Shown here: positions 9,688 through 19,633 of the stretch, piece after piece
Layout of the letters: every line of letters starts with the position of its first letter
How positions within the stretch are numbered: position 1 is the first letter of the stretch
Source: Myxococcales bacterium
Lineage (GTDB): Bacteria > Myxococcota_A > Polyangia > Polyangiales > Polyangiaceae
Reading direction: 5' to 3'
Assembly (NCBI GenBank): GCA_043747615.1
Contig: JAYTOU010000080.1
Span: 1-64,000, forward strand
DNA: 64,000 bases
Program-made: the position numbers and the translations under genes
Notes under the pieces: generated by a model
Database searches by the model: none
What the model saw: only the letters and a program-made list of their open reading frames with translations
What the model was told of the DNA's origin: nothing

Positions 9688-10929
9688 ATGACGTCCCGAC
9701 CTTACGACCTCGTGCTTTTTGGTGCGACCGGGTTCACCGGCAAGCTCGTCGCCGAATACCTGGCCGCCCACGCACCCGCAGACCTTCGCTGGGCGCTCGC
9801 GGGGCGAAGTCTCTCCAAGCTCGAATCCGTGCGGACCGATCTTGCGCGCATCTCGCCCTCCGCAGCGTCTCTTCCTCTCGTGCTCGGCGACAGTCAGGAC
9901 GAAGCATCGATGGAGGCGCTTGCGAAGGCGGCGCGCGTGGTGTGCACGACGGTCGGGCCGTACATGAAATACGGGCGCGCGCTCGTCGCCGCGTGCGCAA
10001 CGAACGGCACGCACTACTGCGATCTCACCGGTGAGGTCCCGTTCATGCGCGACACCATCGATCGCCACGACGCGCGCGCGAAGGAGACTGGAGCGCGAAT
10101 CGTCCACACTTGCGGCTTCGATTCGATCCCGTCGGATCTCGGGGTGCGGATGATCCACGAGCACGCGCGCAGCCTCGGAAAGAAGCTGGCGTGGGTGCGT
10201 TTCTTTGCGGGCGAAAGCAGCGGCGGGGTGAGCGGCGGAACGGTTGCCTCGATGCTGGAGCTCCTTGAGCTCGCCAAGAAAGATCCGCAGATGCGCCGCG
10301 TTCTAGGCAACCCGTACGGTCTCGATCCGGTGCCGGCGCGCGGCCTCGATGGCCCCGATCAGATCGGCGTGCGCTTCGATGCGGAAATGGGAATGTGGAC
10401 CGGTCCGTTCGTGATGGCCGCCGTCAACACCCGCGTGGTGCGTCGGTCGAACGCGCTCCTAGGGCACGCCTACGGTCCGTCGTTTCGCTATTCCGAAGTG
10501 ATGACCTTCGGCAAAGGACCTAAAGGTTTCTTCGCCGCGTCGGCGGTGAGCGCGGGGCTCGCTGCGTTCATCGGTGCCGCGTCTCTCGCGCCGACCCGTC
10601 GCCTCCTCGAGCGCACGTTGCTTCCCGCTCCGGGGGAAGGCCCATCAAAGGAGAAGCGCGATCATGGATTCTTCGTGGTGCGTTTCCTTGCGGAGACGGA
10701 GGCGGACAACGGCCCCCCGCTGCGCATCTCGGCGCGCGTCGAAGGCAAGAGCGATCCCGGCTACGGCGAGACGGCGAAGATGCTCTCGCAGGCAGCGATG
10801 TGCCTCGCGCTCGACGGTGATCGCATTGCACCCGGTGGCGGCGTTCTCACGCCCGCCTCGAGCATGGGCATGACCCTGGTCGAGCGGCTGCGCGCGGCCG
10901 ACATGGTGTTCGACGTCGCCACTGTCTAA
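9688..10929 (+). CDS. Saccharopine dehydrogenase-like oxidoreductase
   Basis: GATGFTG, TVGPY, YCDLTGE, CGFDSIPSDLG, DPGYGET, GGVLTPA. Confidence 0.92.
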   Translation: MTSRPYDLVLFGATGFTGKLVAEYLAAHAPADLRWALAGRSLSKLESVRTDLARISPSAASLPLVLGDSQDEASMEALAKAARVVCTTVGPYMKYGRALVAACATNGTHYCDLTGEVPFMRDTIDRHDARAKETGARIVHTCGFDSIPSDLGVRMIHEHARSLGKKLAWVRFFAGESSGGVSGGTVASMLELLELAKKDPQMRRVLGNPYGLDPVPARGLDGPDQIGVRFDAEMGMWTGPFVMAAVNTRVVRRSNALLGHAYGPSFRYSEVMTFGKGPKGFFAASAVSAGLAAFIGAASLAPTRRLLERTLLPAPGEGPSKEKRDHGFFVVRFLAETEADNGPPLRISARVEGKSDPGYGETAKMLSQAAMCLALDGDRIAPGGGVLTPASSMGMTLVERLRAADMVFDVATV

Positions 10930-11057
10930 ATTGGACGAGATAAATACCCCCACGCGGGTGACGCTCGTACGCACGACGCCCGCTCAAACGGAGGGATTTT
11001 TCGGCGCGGTTCGTGCCGGCGGCCGGCCTGAGCACTCCGGAATACCTGACAATCACG

Positions 11058-11085
11058 TTTGCGGCGCTCGATTTGCGGCGCTCGA
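11058..11085. repeat. Perfect 14-bp tandem duplication
   Basis: TTTGCGGCGCTCGA at 11058-11071 and 11072-11085. Confidence 0.9.
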
Positions 11086-11266
11086 GACGAAGACCACCGC
11101 GGCCCGCGCGCCCGTGCTTCCGATTGCGGCTAAGCCGGTAGCAAGCCTGTCGTCAAGGCGGCTTCTGCTCCGGCACCAGCACCTGCGGCCGCTGCGAAGA
11201 AGAACGCGCTCGTCCGCGCGCAGCTCGAGTAGACCTGCAAAAAGCTGCTAGAGATGCTCGGAGAGC
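11086..11266 (+). pseudogene. Possible decayed gene remnant (Ala/Pro/Lys-rich linker plus short helix)
   Basis: KTTAARAPVLPIAAKPV, frame change, then KPVVKAASAPAPAPAAAAKKNALVRAQLE*TCKKLLEMLGE (TAG 11230-11232); no clear start. Confidence 0.35.
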
Positions 11267-11788
11267 ATGAAGCCCGCGGACTGCACACCAACACTCGATC
11301 CGGTCGTTCCGCTTCATGCGGCGGTGGACCGCGACGCCGGGCGTCTTCACTTGCTCCATGCCGAGCGGCTCCATTGCCGGCGAGGTTGCAGCGCGTGCTG
11401 CGTCGATGACCTCACGGTGTTCGCGGTGGAGGCCGCGCCCATTCGTCGAAACCACGCGGAGCTCTTGACCCACGGCGTTGCGCACGCGGAGGGTGCCTGC
11501 GCGTTCCTCGACGATGAGGGCGCGTGCCGCATTTACGCGGAGCGACCTTACGTTTGCCGGACGCAGGGGCTACCGCTTCGATGGGTCGAGGAGCGCGACG
11601 GCGGCGATGTAGAGCTCCGGGACATCTGTCCGCTCAACGAGGCAGGCCAGCCGATCGAGCACCTGAGCGAGGACGCGTGCTGGACGATCGGTCCATTCGA
11701 GGAACGGCTCGGTCGCCTCGTGAGCGGCCCGCCTACGCGCGTTCGACTGCGCGATCTTTTCGTTCACCACGGTCGAAGGGTGCCATGA
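11267..11788 (+). CDS. YkgJ-family Zn/Fe-S cluster protein
   Basis: CRRGCSACC, CAFL, CRIYAERPYVCR, CPLN. Confidence 0.88.
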   Translation: MKPADCTPTLDPVVPLHAAVDRDAGRLHLLHAERLHCRRGCSACCVDDLTVFAVEAAPIRRNHAELLTHGVAHAEGACAFLDDEGACRIYAERPYVCRTQGLPLRWVEERDGGDVELRDICPLNEAGQPIEHLSEDACWTIGPFEERLGRLVSGPPTRVRLRDLFVHHGRRVP

Positions 11789-12432
11789 AAAAAGAGCTGA
11801 TTCTCCTGGCCCTCGTGGCCTGTACCAAGGGTGCGGCGCCGGCGGCGAACGAGGCTGTCGATGCGGCTCCCCCGTTGCAGCTCCCGCAAGCGGCACCGGT
11901 ACTTTCCGTTCCTTCCGTTGCCTCTCCATCGCCTTCCGCTCCTTCGACTGCGCTGGCACTTCCTGCTGCGTCGGTTCGTGCCGTTCCTTCCGGGCGTTCC
12001 GTTTCTCCGGTGGCTCCTGATCCCTTGGGCAAGCCTATGCTCCAGCCGGCGTCTGCGAAGGTGACGGGAAACCACTTCGCGCTCGACGTGGCGTCGCTCG
12101 GGTGCGTTGTCGGACGCGAGTGCGCGGTGACGGTGCGGCTCGAGGCGACCGGCGGCTACCACATCAACAAAGAGTATCCATACAAGCTCGTCCTCAGCCC
12201 GACGCCCAACGTGGAGTTTCTCGGGCGCGATCCAGGCAACGCTGCCACGTTCTCCAAGGCCGCCGGCGATTTCGTCGTCGCGGAAGAGCACGTGGCAACG
12301 ATCACGGCGCGCCTCAAACCTTCGGCGAAGGGCATGGCGAGCATCACCGGGATCTACAAGATGAGCGTCTGCTCGGAAGCAAACTGCCAGGTCGAGCAGA
12401 CGAAGATCGCGCTCGACCTGGCCATCCAATGA
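11785..12432 (+). CDS. Lipoprotein with a DsbD-N-terminal-like Ig domain
   Basis: ATGA overlap with the upstream gene; MKKELILLALVAC; Pro/Ser linker; GYHINKEYP and terminal SVCSEANC Cys pair. The domain call is a resemblance. Confidence 0.7.
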   Translation: MKKELILLALVACTKGAAPAANEAVDAAPPLQLPQAAPVLSVPSVASPSPSAPSTALALPAASVRAVPSGRSVSPVAPDPLGKPMLQPASAKVTGNHFALDVASLGCVVGRECAVTVRLEATGGYHINKEYPYKLVLSPTPNVEFLGRDPGNAATFSKAAGDFVVAEEHVATITARLKPSAKGMASITGIYKMSVCSEANCQVEQTKIALDLAIQ

Positions 12433-12531
12433 GCTCGGAACGGCTGCAGCGCATCGCGCATCGGACTATGCTGTCTGGTGCGCGGTCGCGGATCACCGTG
12501 CGTGCTTCTTCATGCCTTAGGAGGAAATAAC

Positions 12532-13407
12532 ATGCGCTCAATTTCTTGGATCGTGGTCACCGCAATGTCGGCGGCGGTGGCGCTCGTCGCGTCTCCTCGC
12601 GAAGCCCATGCCGGGCTCAGCGCCTGCAACAACATCGAAGTGAGCGCCAGCGCGAACTGCAAAGTGGAAACCATGGGCGGGTGCACCGTGCAGTGCACGC
12701 CCGTCAGCTTTCAGGCCGCCTGTTCCGGCAAGCTCGAGACCACGTGCGACGGAATGTGCAACGCCACGGCCGACGTTTCGTGTCAGGGCACGTGCAAGTC
12801 GGACTGCACCGGCAAATGCACCGCCGATCCGGGAAGTGTCGACTGCTCGGCGAGCTGTAAGGCGACCTGCGAAGCCGACTGTAGCGGGAAGTGCTCGGCC
12901 AGCGCGAACAAGGCCGAGTGTCAGGCGTCGTGCACGTCCTGCTGCGGAGGCCACTGCGACGCGAAGTGCACCGGCACTCCCCCCTCGGCGGCGTGCGACG
13001 CAAAGTGCGAAGCGAGCTGCCAGGGCTCGTGCAGCGGCAAGGCGAACATCGACTGTCAGATCACTTGCCAATCCAAGGGCTACGTCGATTGCGAAGCGAA
13101 CCTCACCGGCGGCTGCAAGGCCAAGTGCAGCGAGCCTTCGGGCGCGCTCTTCTGCGACGGCCAGTACGTCGACACCGGCAACAACCTCCAAAACTGCATC
13201 GACGCGTTGAACGCCATTCTGAAAATCAAGGTTGCTGCGAGCGGCGAAGCAAGCTGCGACGGCGGCAACTGCTCGGCGAGCGGCAAGGCGTCCGCGACGT
13301 GCGCCGCTTCACCTGGCGAAGCACCCCTGTCGGGCGGATTCATCTTCGCAGGCCTTGGCCTCGGGTTCATTGCGGCGCGCAGGTCGAAACGCCGGCACCA
13401 ACGATGA
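12532..13407 (+). CDS. Secreted Cys-rich (CxxxC repeat) protein with MYXO-CTERM-like tail
   Basis: AGGAGG RBS; signal peptide ending AHA; about 36 Cys; ends Cys-spacer-TM-RRSKRR. Confidence 0.88.
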   Translation: MRSISWIVVTAMSAAVALVASPREAHAGLSACNNIEVSASANCKVETMGGCTVQCTPVSFQAACSGKLETTCDGMCNATADVSCQGTCKSDCTGKCTADPGSVDCSASCKATCEADCSGKCSASANKAECQASCTSCCGGHCDAKCTGTPPSAACDAKCEASCQGSCSGKANIDCQITCQSKGYVDCEANLTGGCKAKCSEPSGALFCDGQYVDTGNNLQNCIDALNAILKIKVAASGEASCDGGNCSASGKASATCAASPGEAPLSGGFIFAGLGLGFIAARRSKRRHQR

Positions 13408-14347
13408 GCGCAGGGTAAGAGCCAACGACGGTCGTCGATTTGTCGGCGGGGCGGAACCGGGTGACGACGGACCCGGCCGCGCCTCCTTGCCCAGTGAAGA
13501 GGTAGAAATCGCCGCCCCAGAAGGCGAACGCGTAACCGTTCCCTTGGTCGACGTCGAGCTGATCGGCAGCGATGACTTGGGCGGTGTTTTTTTCGATCTC
13601 GCCGACGAACGAGACGGTCTGACCCGTAGTCTTTGTGTAGTATGCAAACAGTCGCCCGTCGCCCGTGCCGGTGAGCTCCGCGCGGTTGACCGTCGGGATG
13701 AACGGGCCAACGCTCGATAGATTGAAGCTCGTCGTGTCGATCGAGCCGAGCCGCGAGTTGCCACCGCTTGCGTTGTCGGCGGCGACGAACAGCGTCTCCG
13801 AGGGGCCGGCCATGTTGGTGGAGAAGCCCATTCCGAATGTGCTGAAGCCAAGCTGATTCACGCGGAAGGGCGTGGCCACGCAGGCCGCCGTGGCCGTGCT
13901 CACGCGGTAGATGTGAAGATCGTTGAAGAGGATATAGGCGAGGCCCTTGCGATCGACGGCCATCGAGAACGGCGTGGCGTTGCCCATGGCCGGCGGCGGA
14001 GGCGGCTCTGTCGGGCACGCGATGACCCCGATTCGCTTGAAGGTGCCTTGCGGCGGATAGAACGCGAGGAGCTCGTTGGTGGTTTCTGTGATCAGGTAAA
14101 TCTGGGTGTCGCCTGCATCCAGGCAGTCCATCCGGTTGGCGTCGCGTCGCATGGCGTCGAGCGGCGGGAGCGCGTCTTCGTCCTCGGCGTCGGCCTCATT
14201 CGGTTCGCGAACGTCGGGCTTCTTGCCCGCGTCGTCGGCGGCGGGCTCGAGTGCTTCGTCGTACAAGAGGCCCGTGCGCGAGCCACAAGCGATGAATCCC
14301 GCGGTCCCGAGGGCAATCAACACGACGGCAGCTTGGCGGGAACGCAT
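13367..14347 (-). CDS. Lipoprotein, probable beta-propeller
   Basis: Lipobox FIAC-GSRTG; acidic linker; beta-rich repeats (MAVDRKG, ELTGTGDGRL, AFAFWGGDFY). Start uncertain. Confidence 0.8.
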   Translation of the reverse strand: MRSRQAAVVLIALGTAGFIACGSRTGLLYDEALEPAADDAGKKPDVREPNEADAEDEDALPPLDAMRRDANRMDCLDAGDTQIYLITETTNELLAFYPPQGTFKRIGVIACPTEPPPPPAMGNATPFSMAVDRKGLAYILFNDLHIYRVSTATAACVATPFRVNQLGFSTFGMGFSTNMAGPSETLFVAADNASGGNSRLGSIDTTSFNLSSVGPFIPTVNRAELTGTGDGRLFAYYTKTTGQTVSFVGEIEKNTAQVIAADQLDVDQGNGYAFAFWGGDFYLFTGQGGAAGSVVTRFRPADKSTTVVGSYPALIVGAGVSTCAPQ

Positions 14348-14512
14348 CGGCGCGCGGAGCATAGCCGATCTGCTCGGTTCGCGCGTCATGGCGAAAGTCA
14401 CCCTGGTCGCGCTCCCCTGTTCGCCGTGGACGCAAAAGGCCACGCATTCAAGCGAGGACGATCTCGTTGCCTGGCGCGACCGGATCTTCGAAAAACACCG
14501 TACGCTGCGCGC

Positions 14513-16192
14513 GTGACCACCATTCGCGCTCGTAGCTTCGCCTTCCTCGGCTTCCTCGCAGTCGCCGCTCCCGGGTGCGGCGGCTCACCGCCGGTATCCA
14601 TCGCTCCGGCACCTTCGGCACCGCCCGCGCTCGTCCACGTGCAGGTCCTTGCCTTCAACGATTTTCACGGGAACCTCGAGGCCCCAATCGGAAGCAACGG
14701 CAAGGTGGGCACGCTTCAAGTAGGCGGCGCAGCGTACCTCGCGGCGCATGTTCGGCAGCTGCGAGCCGAGAACCCGAGCACGGTCGTCGTCTCTGCCGGC
14801 GATCTCACGGGGGCGAGCCCGCTGCTCTCGAGCCTGCTCGGCGACGAGCCGGCGGTGGTCGTCATGAACCGCATCGGTCTGGATTTCGAAGGGTTGGGAA
14901 ATCACGATTTCGATCACGGCCTTCCGGCGCTCGTTCATCTGCAGAAAGCAGCGACGTTCCAGTACCTCGCCGCCAACGTCGATGTGACGGCCACCCACAA
15001 GTCCGTCTTCCCGCCCTACGCGATCCGGGAATTTTCTGGAGCGCGGGTCGCGTTCATAGGCGTCACACTCGAAGGCACGCCAGACGTGACGGTGCTCAGC
15101 GCGGTGGAAGGGCTGTCGTTCTCGAACGAAGCGGCAACCGTGAATGCGCTCGTTCCCGAGCTTCGGAAGCAGCGGGTCTCGGCGATCGTGCTCTTGATTC
15201 ATCAGGGAGCCACGCAAGACAAGGGTGGTACGTACGACTCCTGTGACGGGCTTTCCGGCGACTTGCTGCCGATCCTCGAGCGACTGAGCCCAGCCGTCGA
15301 CGTGGTCGTGAGCGGCCACACGCACCAGGCCTACAACTGCACGATCGGCGGTCGACTGGTGACGAGCGCCATGAGCTATGGGCGTCTCCTCACGAAGATC
15401 GATCTCACTATCGATCCGAGCTTGCATCGAGTGACGGAGAAGCACGCCAGGAACGTTCCGGTGACCCACGATCTCTTGCCCGACCCCGAGGTGGTGCGCC
15501 TGGTCGCGACCTACAAGGAGAAGGCGGCTCCGATCGCTGGACGGATCGTGGGCTACCTCAAGACCGACGCGGTCAGCAGCGCGAGGCTCACCAAGAGTCC
15601 TTCATGCGAGACCTCGCTCGGCGATCTCATCGCAGACGCGCAGCTCGCCGCCACGAGCGAACCCTCACGCGGCGGAGCCGAGATCGCCCTCATGAACCCC
15701 GGCGGCATTCGCGGCGACCTCCTCGCGAACGGAGCTGGAAAACAAGACTCCGTCGTCACCTTTGCGGAGGCCTTCGAGGTGCAGCCATTCAACAATCAGC
15801 TGGTGACGATGACGTTACGCGGGGATCAGATTCGCGCGGTTCTCGAGGCCCAGTTCGTCCGCACGGAGCCGCGGATTTTGCAAATCTCGAGCGGGTCTAG
15901 TTACCGCTACACGTACGACCGAGCCGCCAAGAAGGGCAAGCTCGACGCAGCCTCGATCCGCATCCATGGAGCGCCGCTCGATCCTGCGAAGTCGTACCGG
16001 GTCACCGTCAACTCGTTCCTAGCCGCAGGCGGAGACGGTTTCGCCGTCCTCAAGGAGGGCACCGCGCGCGTCACCGGCGTCGCCGACGTCGAGGCGCTCA
16101 CCACGTACTTAGGCAAGACGAGCTCGGCTGCTTCACCCCTCGATCCGGAGCGCGCACTCGGCCGAGTCAGCGGCGACGGCTGCGCGTTGTAG
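14513..16192 (+). CDS. Bifunctional metallophosphatase / 5'-nucleotidase lipoprotein
   Basis: NDFHG, AGD, GNHDFD, GHTH, NPGGIR, FLAAGGDGF. Confidence 0.93.
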   Translation: MTTIRARSFAFLGFLAVAAPGCGGSPPVSIAPAPSAPPALVHVQVLAFNDFHGNLEAPIGSNGKVGTLQVGGAAYLAAHVRQLRAENPSTVVVSAGDLTGASPLLSSLLGDEPAVVVMNRIGLDFEGLGNHDFDHGLPALVHLQKAATFQYLAANVDVTATHKSVFPPYAIREFSGARVAFIGVTLEGTPDVTVLSAVEGLSFSNEAATVNALVPELRKQRVSAIVLLIHQGATQDKGGTYDSCDGLSGDLLPILERLSPAVDVVVSGHTHQAYNCTIGGRLVTSAMSYGRLLTKIDLTIDPSLHRVTEKHARNVPVTHDLLPDPEVVRLVATYKEKAAPIAGRIVGYLKTDAVSSARLTKSPSCETSLGDLIADAQLAATSEPSRGGAEIALMNPGGIRGDLLANGAGKQDSVVTFAEAFEVQPFNNQLVTMTLRGDQIRAVLEAQFVRTEPRILQISSGSSYRYTYDRAAKKGKLDAASIRIHGAPLDPAKSYRVTVNSFLAAGGDGFAVLKEGTARVTGVADVEALTTYLGKTSSAASPLDPERALGRVSGDGCAL

Positions 16193-16261
16193 CGAGGCGG
16201 TACTCCCGCTCTGGACGACGCGGATATGCGTTGGACGAGCGCTCTGCCGCCTGGTCCGCGC

Positions 16262-17539
16262 TTAGACGTCGCGCGCGCGCAAGGCGAGGCCGGTGGCTAC
16301 GGAGATCATCTCGCCGCCCGCGCGGATCTTCTGCGCACCGAAGCGCACGTCGAAGATGCGGCGCACGGCCGGGACGAACGACGTTCCGCCGGTCATGAAG
16401 ACTTGATCGACGTCCTTCGCCGCCACTCCCGCGCGCGCGAGTAGACCGTCGACGCACGTGGCCATGGCCGTCGTCTCTTCCTCGATCCACCCTTCGAACT
16501 GGGCGCGCGTGATCGTTGCCTCGATTTGGAGGGGCGGGTCTACGAACGAGAAGAGCGTCTCGTCCTTTGCGGACAGGTCGAGCTTGGCGCGCTCGACAGC
16601 GCGGTACAGGTGATAGCCGAGATCGTAGTCGAGGACGTGAAGGAGGGCGCGGATCTTCTGCGGCTCCTTCGATTGATCGGCGATCTCCTCCAGGAGGTCG
16701 ATGTTCTTCTTCGTCTTGAGGAACGACAAGTGATGCCAGCGCCGGAGTCGCGCGTAGATCCACACCGGCACGGGAAGCTCGTTGCCGAACATCGACCGGT
16801 AGTGGGAGCCGAGCCCGAGCATTGGAGCGACGACGTTGTGCAGCACCTTCGCATCGAGCGCGTCTCCGGCGAGGCCGACACCGTCGTTGCCGAGGATCTT
16901 CCGCGCACCCGAGGCGCGGCACGAGGGCCCCACCTCGATCAGCGAAAAATCGCTCGTTCCGCCGCCGAAATCGGCGATGAGGACGAGCTCGTCGTGATCG
17001 AGCTGACTCTCGTAGTAGTACGCTGCGGCGACGGGCTCGTACTCGAGAACCACGTCGGTGAACCCCACCGCGCCGAGCGATGTGCGCAGCCGCTCGACGG
17101 CCAGAGCCTCGTGCTCGGGATCCGACGCATTCGCGAAGTGCACCGGGCGGCCGACCACGATGCGCGACCCTAGTGGACCGAGCTGCTCTTCCGCGCGGGC
17201 CCGGATGTCCGCGAGGAGGAGGGTGAGGAGATCGGTGAGAGAGTGCGTGCGCGCAAAGATGCTCGTGGCCTGAAAGCTGCGGTCGGCGAGGTACGACTTC
17301 AGCGACTGAATGAGCCGACCCGTACCTTCGCCCTCGAGGTAGCGATCTATGGCGCGCCCACCGCCAACCGCCTCGAGCCGTCCGTACGCATCGCGCGCAT
17401 CAGGATGAAAATAGAGAATGGATCGGAATGTCTCCGACTCCCCTTTTTTATGGGCGAATCGCGCGAGGTTGACGCGATCACCCTCCGCGACGCCAATAGC
17501 GCTATTGGTCGTTCCGAAGTCGAGCCCGACGCACCTCAC
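16262..17539 (-). CDS. Hsp70-family ATPase, YegD-like
   Basis: GLDFGTTNS, GRPVHF, EPVAAA, DFGGGTSDF, TGGTS; no substrate-binding domain. Confidence 0.92.
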   Translation of the reverse strand: MRCVGLDFGTTNSAIGVAEGDRVNLARFAHKKGESETFRSILYFHPDARDAYGRLEAVGGGRAIDRYLEGEGTGRLIQSLKSYLADRSFQATSIFARTHSLTDLLTLLLADIRARAEEQLGPLGSRIVVGRPVHFANASDPEHEALAVERLRTSLGAVGFTDVVLEYEPVAAAYYYESQLDHDELVLIADFGGGTSDFSLIEVGPSCRASGARKILGNDGVGLAGDALDAKVLHNVVAPMLGLGSHYRSMFGNELPVPVWIYARLRRWHHLSFLKTKKNIDLLEEIADQSKEPQKIRALLHVLDYDLGYHLYRAVERAKLDLSAKDETLFSFVDPPLQIEATITRAQFEGWIEEETTAMATCVDGLLARAGVAAKDVDQVFMTGGTSFVPAVRRIFDVRFGAQKIRAGGEMISVATGLALRARDV

Positions 17540-17543
17540 GCCC

Positions 17544-19289
17544 TTACAGCAACGAGAGCCGATTCATCAGGTTGCCACAAAGCTCCGATCCGGGGCTGCG
17601 CTCACGTTCGAGGGCGAGGGCGGTCGCGAAGGTGAGGCTCGCTGCATCCGGTTCATTGAGCACCACTTGACTGACCCCGAGGAGCTCGTAGTCCGCCGGC
17701 TCCTTGAGCTTCTCTACGAGAGCCTTGATGCGAGGGAGTGCCACGCGATGGGCATCGAGGATGGCGTCGGTCGGAGAGGGCGGCGCTTTTTTCAGGACCA
17801 TCAAGCGCAATGCTTGACGCTGATCCTCCGCACGGTAGTCGGCAAACGCGGAGCTGCCGAAGAGTCCCGCGTACCCGCGGTAGCCTTCGTCGACGCTTCC
17901 ACCCTTGATGAGGGTGACGATCTTCTTCAGCGAGTTCACGAGCTCTTCGTTCTTCTCGCTCTTGCCGGCCACTGGCTCCGACTTCGCTGCAGGCGGCACG
18001 ACGACAGGGGGCGGCGGGGGAGTAGGGCCGGGGGGCGGTATGGACGCGGGGAGCTCGGAGCGCACCAGCGGCGCTTCGTTCGGCGGTCGCTCGGACTTGC
18101 GAATGACCACGGCGGCTTCGAGGCCGAGCGGCGCGAAGAGCTTCTGGAGCGTGTCCGGCAGCGGCGCGTACTTCGAGCGAAGCGAAGCCTTGGCGACGAA
18201 GATCTCTTCGCGTCGATCGTTCGCAAGGAGGCGCCGGATGATGAGCTCGTTTGGCGTGAGTGAGCGTTCGGAAATTTCGCGCACGGTCGGCGCCATCATA
18301 GCCACGAGCTGCTCGACGAAAGGAACGAACGACGGCTGCTCCCGGAAGTCGACCTCGTCGATGCTGGCTTCGATCAAGTGATTGCGCGCGAGCTCGGTGA
18401 CGCTCGTGCGGAGCTTGCCGACTAGGTCGACGAGCTTGACGACGTCTTCGGCTTGGGCCTCGAATTCGCCGGCCGAGGCGTCTTCCTTCGGAGCGACCCG
18501 GGCAATCGAGATCACCTTTTTTTCGCCCGCATCGACCTCGACGTCGAAGCCCACGTCCATGCCCACCTCCGTCCGCAGCTTGATGGACACTGTGTCGCCG
18601 TCGTCGACTAGCTCGGTGATCAACAAGCGCTCGAGGCGCTGCGGTTTCACCTTCACCGATTTTCCCATTCCAAGAAAACCAGAGACCTGGGGAGCTTGGA
18701 TTTCGAGCACGGCAACCAGCTGCTCGACGCGGAGGGGCTCTGACCACAGCCGGGTTTCCGGGATCTTCAGCGCGAAGCTGTAGACGAGCCCGAAGTCGGT
18801 GGTCGCGAAAACGCTCCCTTCGTACGCACCCGTTGCTCCGAGCTCGAGGCGGGTGACCGTCGCGGCGTCGGGCGGGTCGTGCGGAGCGAGCAGCGCTTCC
18901 AGAGCTTTGTTCGAGGCATCACGTTCGGCTGCTTCCAGTGCCTCGCCTTCCGCAACCTCGCTCGCGAGCTTGGCGCGGACCGCGTTCACGGCGGAGCGCA
19001 GCGCCTCGGCGCTTATCGTCGTCAGGTGCGCGGAGCACTTGGCGGTCGGCGATTCAGCGGCGCCTTTCGGTGCTGCCTCGATGGCCTTGACGACGGTCGC
19101 GACGAAAGCGTCGAGGCGGTCGGTCTCCTCATCGGCTTCTTTGCGAAGCGCGCGAATGCGCTCTTTTTGCTGCTTGATACGTTCGTCGGACTGGAGCGCG
19201 AAAACCGAGAAGTCGAGCGCGTCGCGAAAGAACTCGAGAAAGTTCGAGGTGAGCGTCGACGGCGTGGAGTCCCCAAAAAGGTAGTTCAT
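17544..19289 (-). CDS. Hypothetical protein: coiled coil, beta domain, Pro linker, C-terminal TPR-like helices
   Basis: Clean 581-aa frame from MNYLFGDSTPS; stop 4 nt before the Hsp70 start. Confidence 0.8.
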   Translation of the reverse strand: MNYLFGDSTPSTLTSNFLEFFRDALDFSVFALQSDERIKQQKERIRALRKEADEETDRLDAFVATVVKAIEAAPKGAAESPTAKCSAHLTTISAEALRSAVNAVRAKLASEVAEGEALEAAERDASNKALEALLAPHDPPDAATVTRLELGATGAYEGSVFATTDFGLVYSFALKIPETRLWSEPLRVEQLVAVLEIQAPQVSGFLGMGKSVKVKPQRLERLLITELVDDGDTVSIKLRTEVGMDVGFDVEVDAGEKKVISIARVAPKEDASAGEFEAQAEDVVKLVDLVGKLRTSVTELARNHLIEASIDEVDFREQPSFVPFVEQLVAMMAPTVREISERSLTPNELIIRRLLANDRREEIFVAKASLRSKYAPLPDTLQKLFAPLGLEAAVVIRKSERPPNEAPLVRSELPASIPPPGPTPPPPPVVVPPAAKSEPVAGKSEKNEELVNSLKKIVTLIKGGSVDEGYRGYAGLFGSSAFADYRAEDQRQALRLMVLKKAPPSPTDAILDAHRVALPRIKALVEKLKEPADYELLGVSQVVLNEPDAASLTFATALALERERSPGSELCGNLMNRLSLL

Positions 19290-19633
19290 CGCTGCCGAGC
19301 GTACATCGGACGGGCTCTCAAGAGGAGAGGTCAGAGCGCGCCTTCCACCCCGATGCTCGGGATGCTGATTGGACCGATGTAGGACTAGACGCGGCCCTTT
19401 CTCGGGCGATTCGGCTTCGCGCCCGTCTCGTCGAGCGTCGAGGAGTAAAAATCTGCGCGAACGCCGGGCGTGATTTCCACACGCGGGGAGGCGCGCCACA
19501 CCACGTCCGCGCGCGCAGCCACACCAGGTTGCGGCACGTCTGCACCTGCGCGAAGACCGGAGCTCGCCGGAAAAGGTTCGTCGCTAGTCTACGTGCCTGT
19601 TCTGGTCGACGTTCGAAAAGGCGGAGCAAAGCG

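Noticed and set aside
12532..13407. CxxxC protein as a radical-SAM RiPP precursor
   Set aside because: It has a Sec signal and membrane anchor, and no radical SAM enzyme is nearby; the YkgJ CxxxCxxCC is not followed by a radical SAM domain.
13913..14512. Long N-terminal extensions in the ORF track (also 20627, 35786, 41281, 43634, 57632)
   Set aside because: They overlap neighbouring genes and precede clear signal peptides, RBS or -10-linked starts; shorter starts were used.
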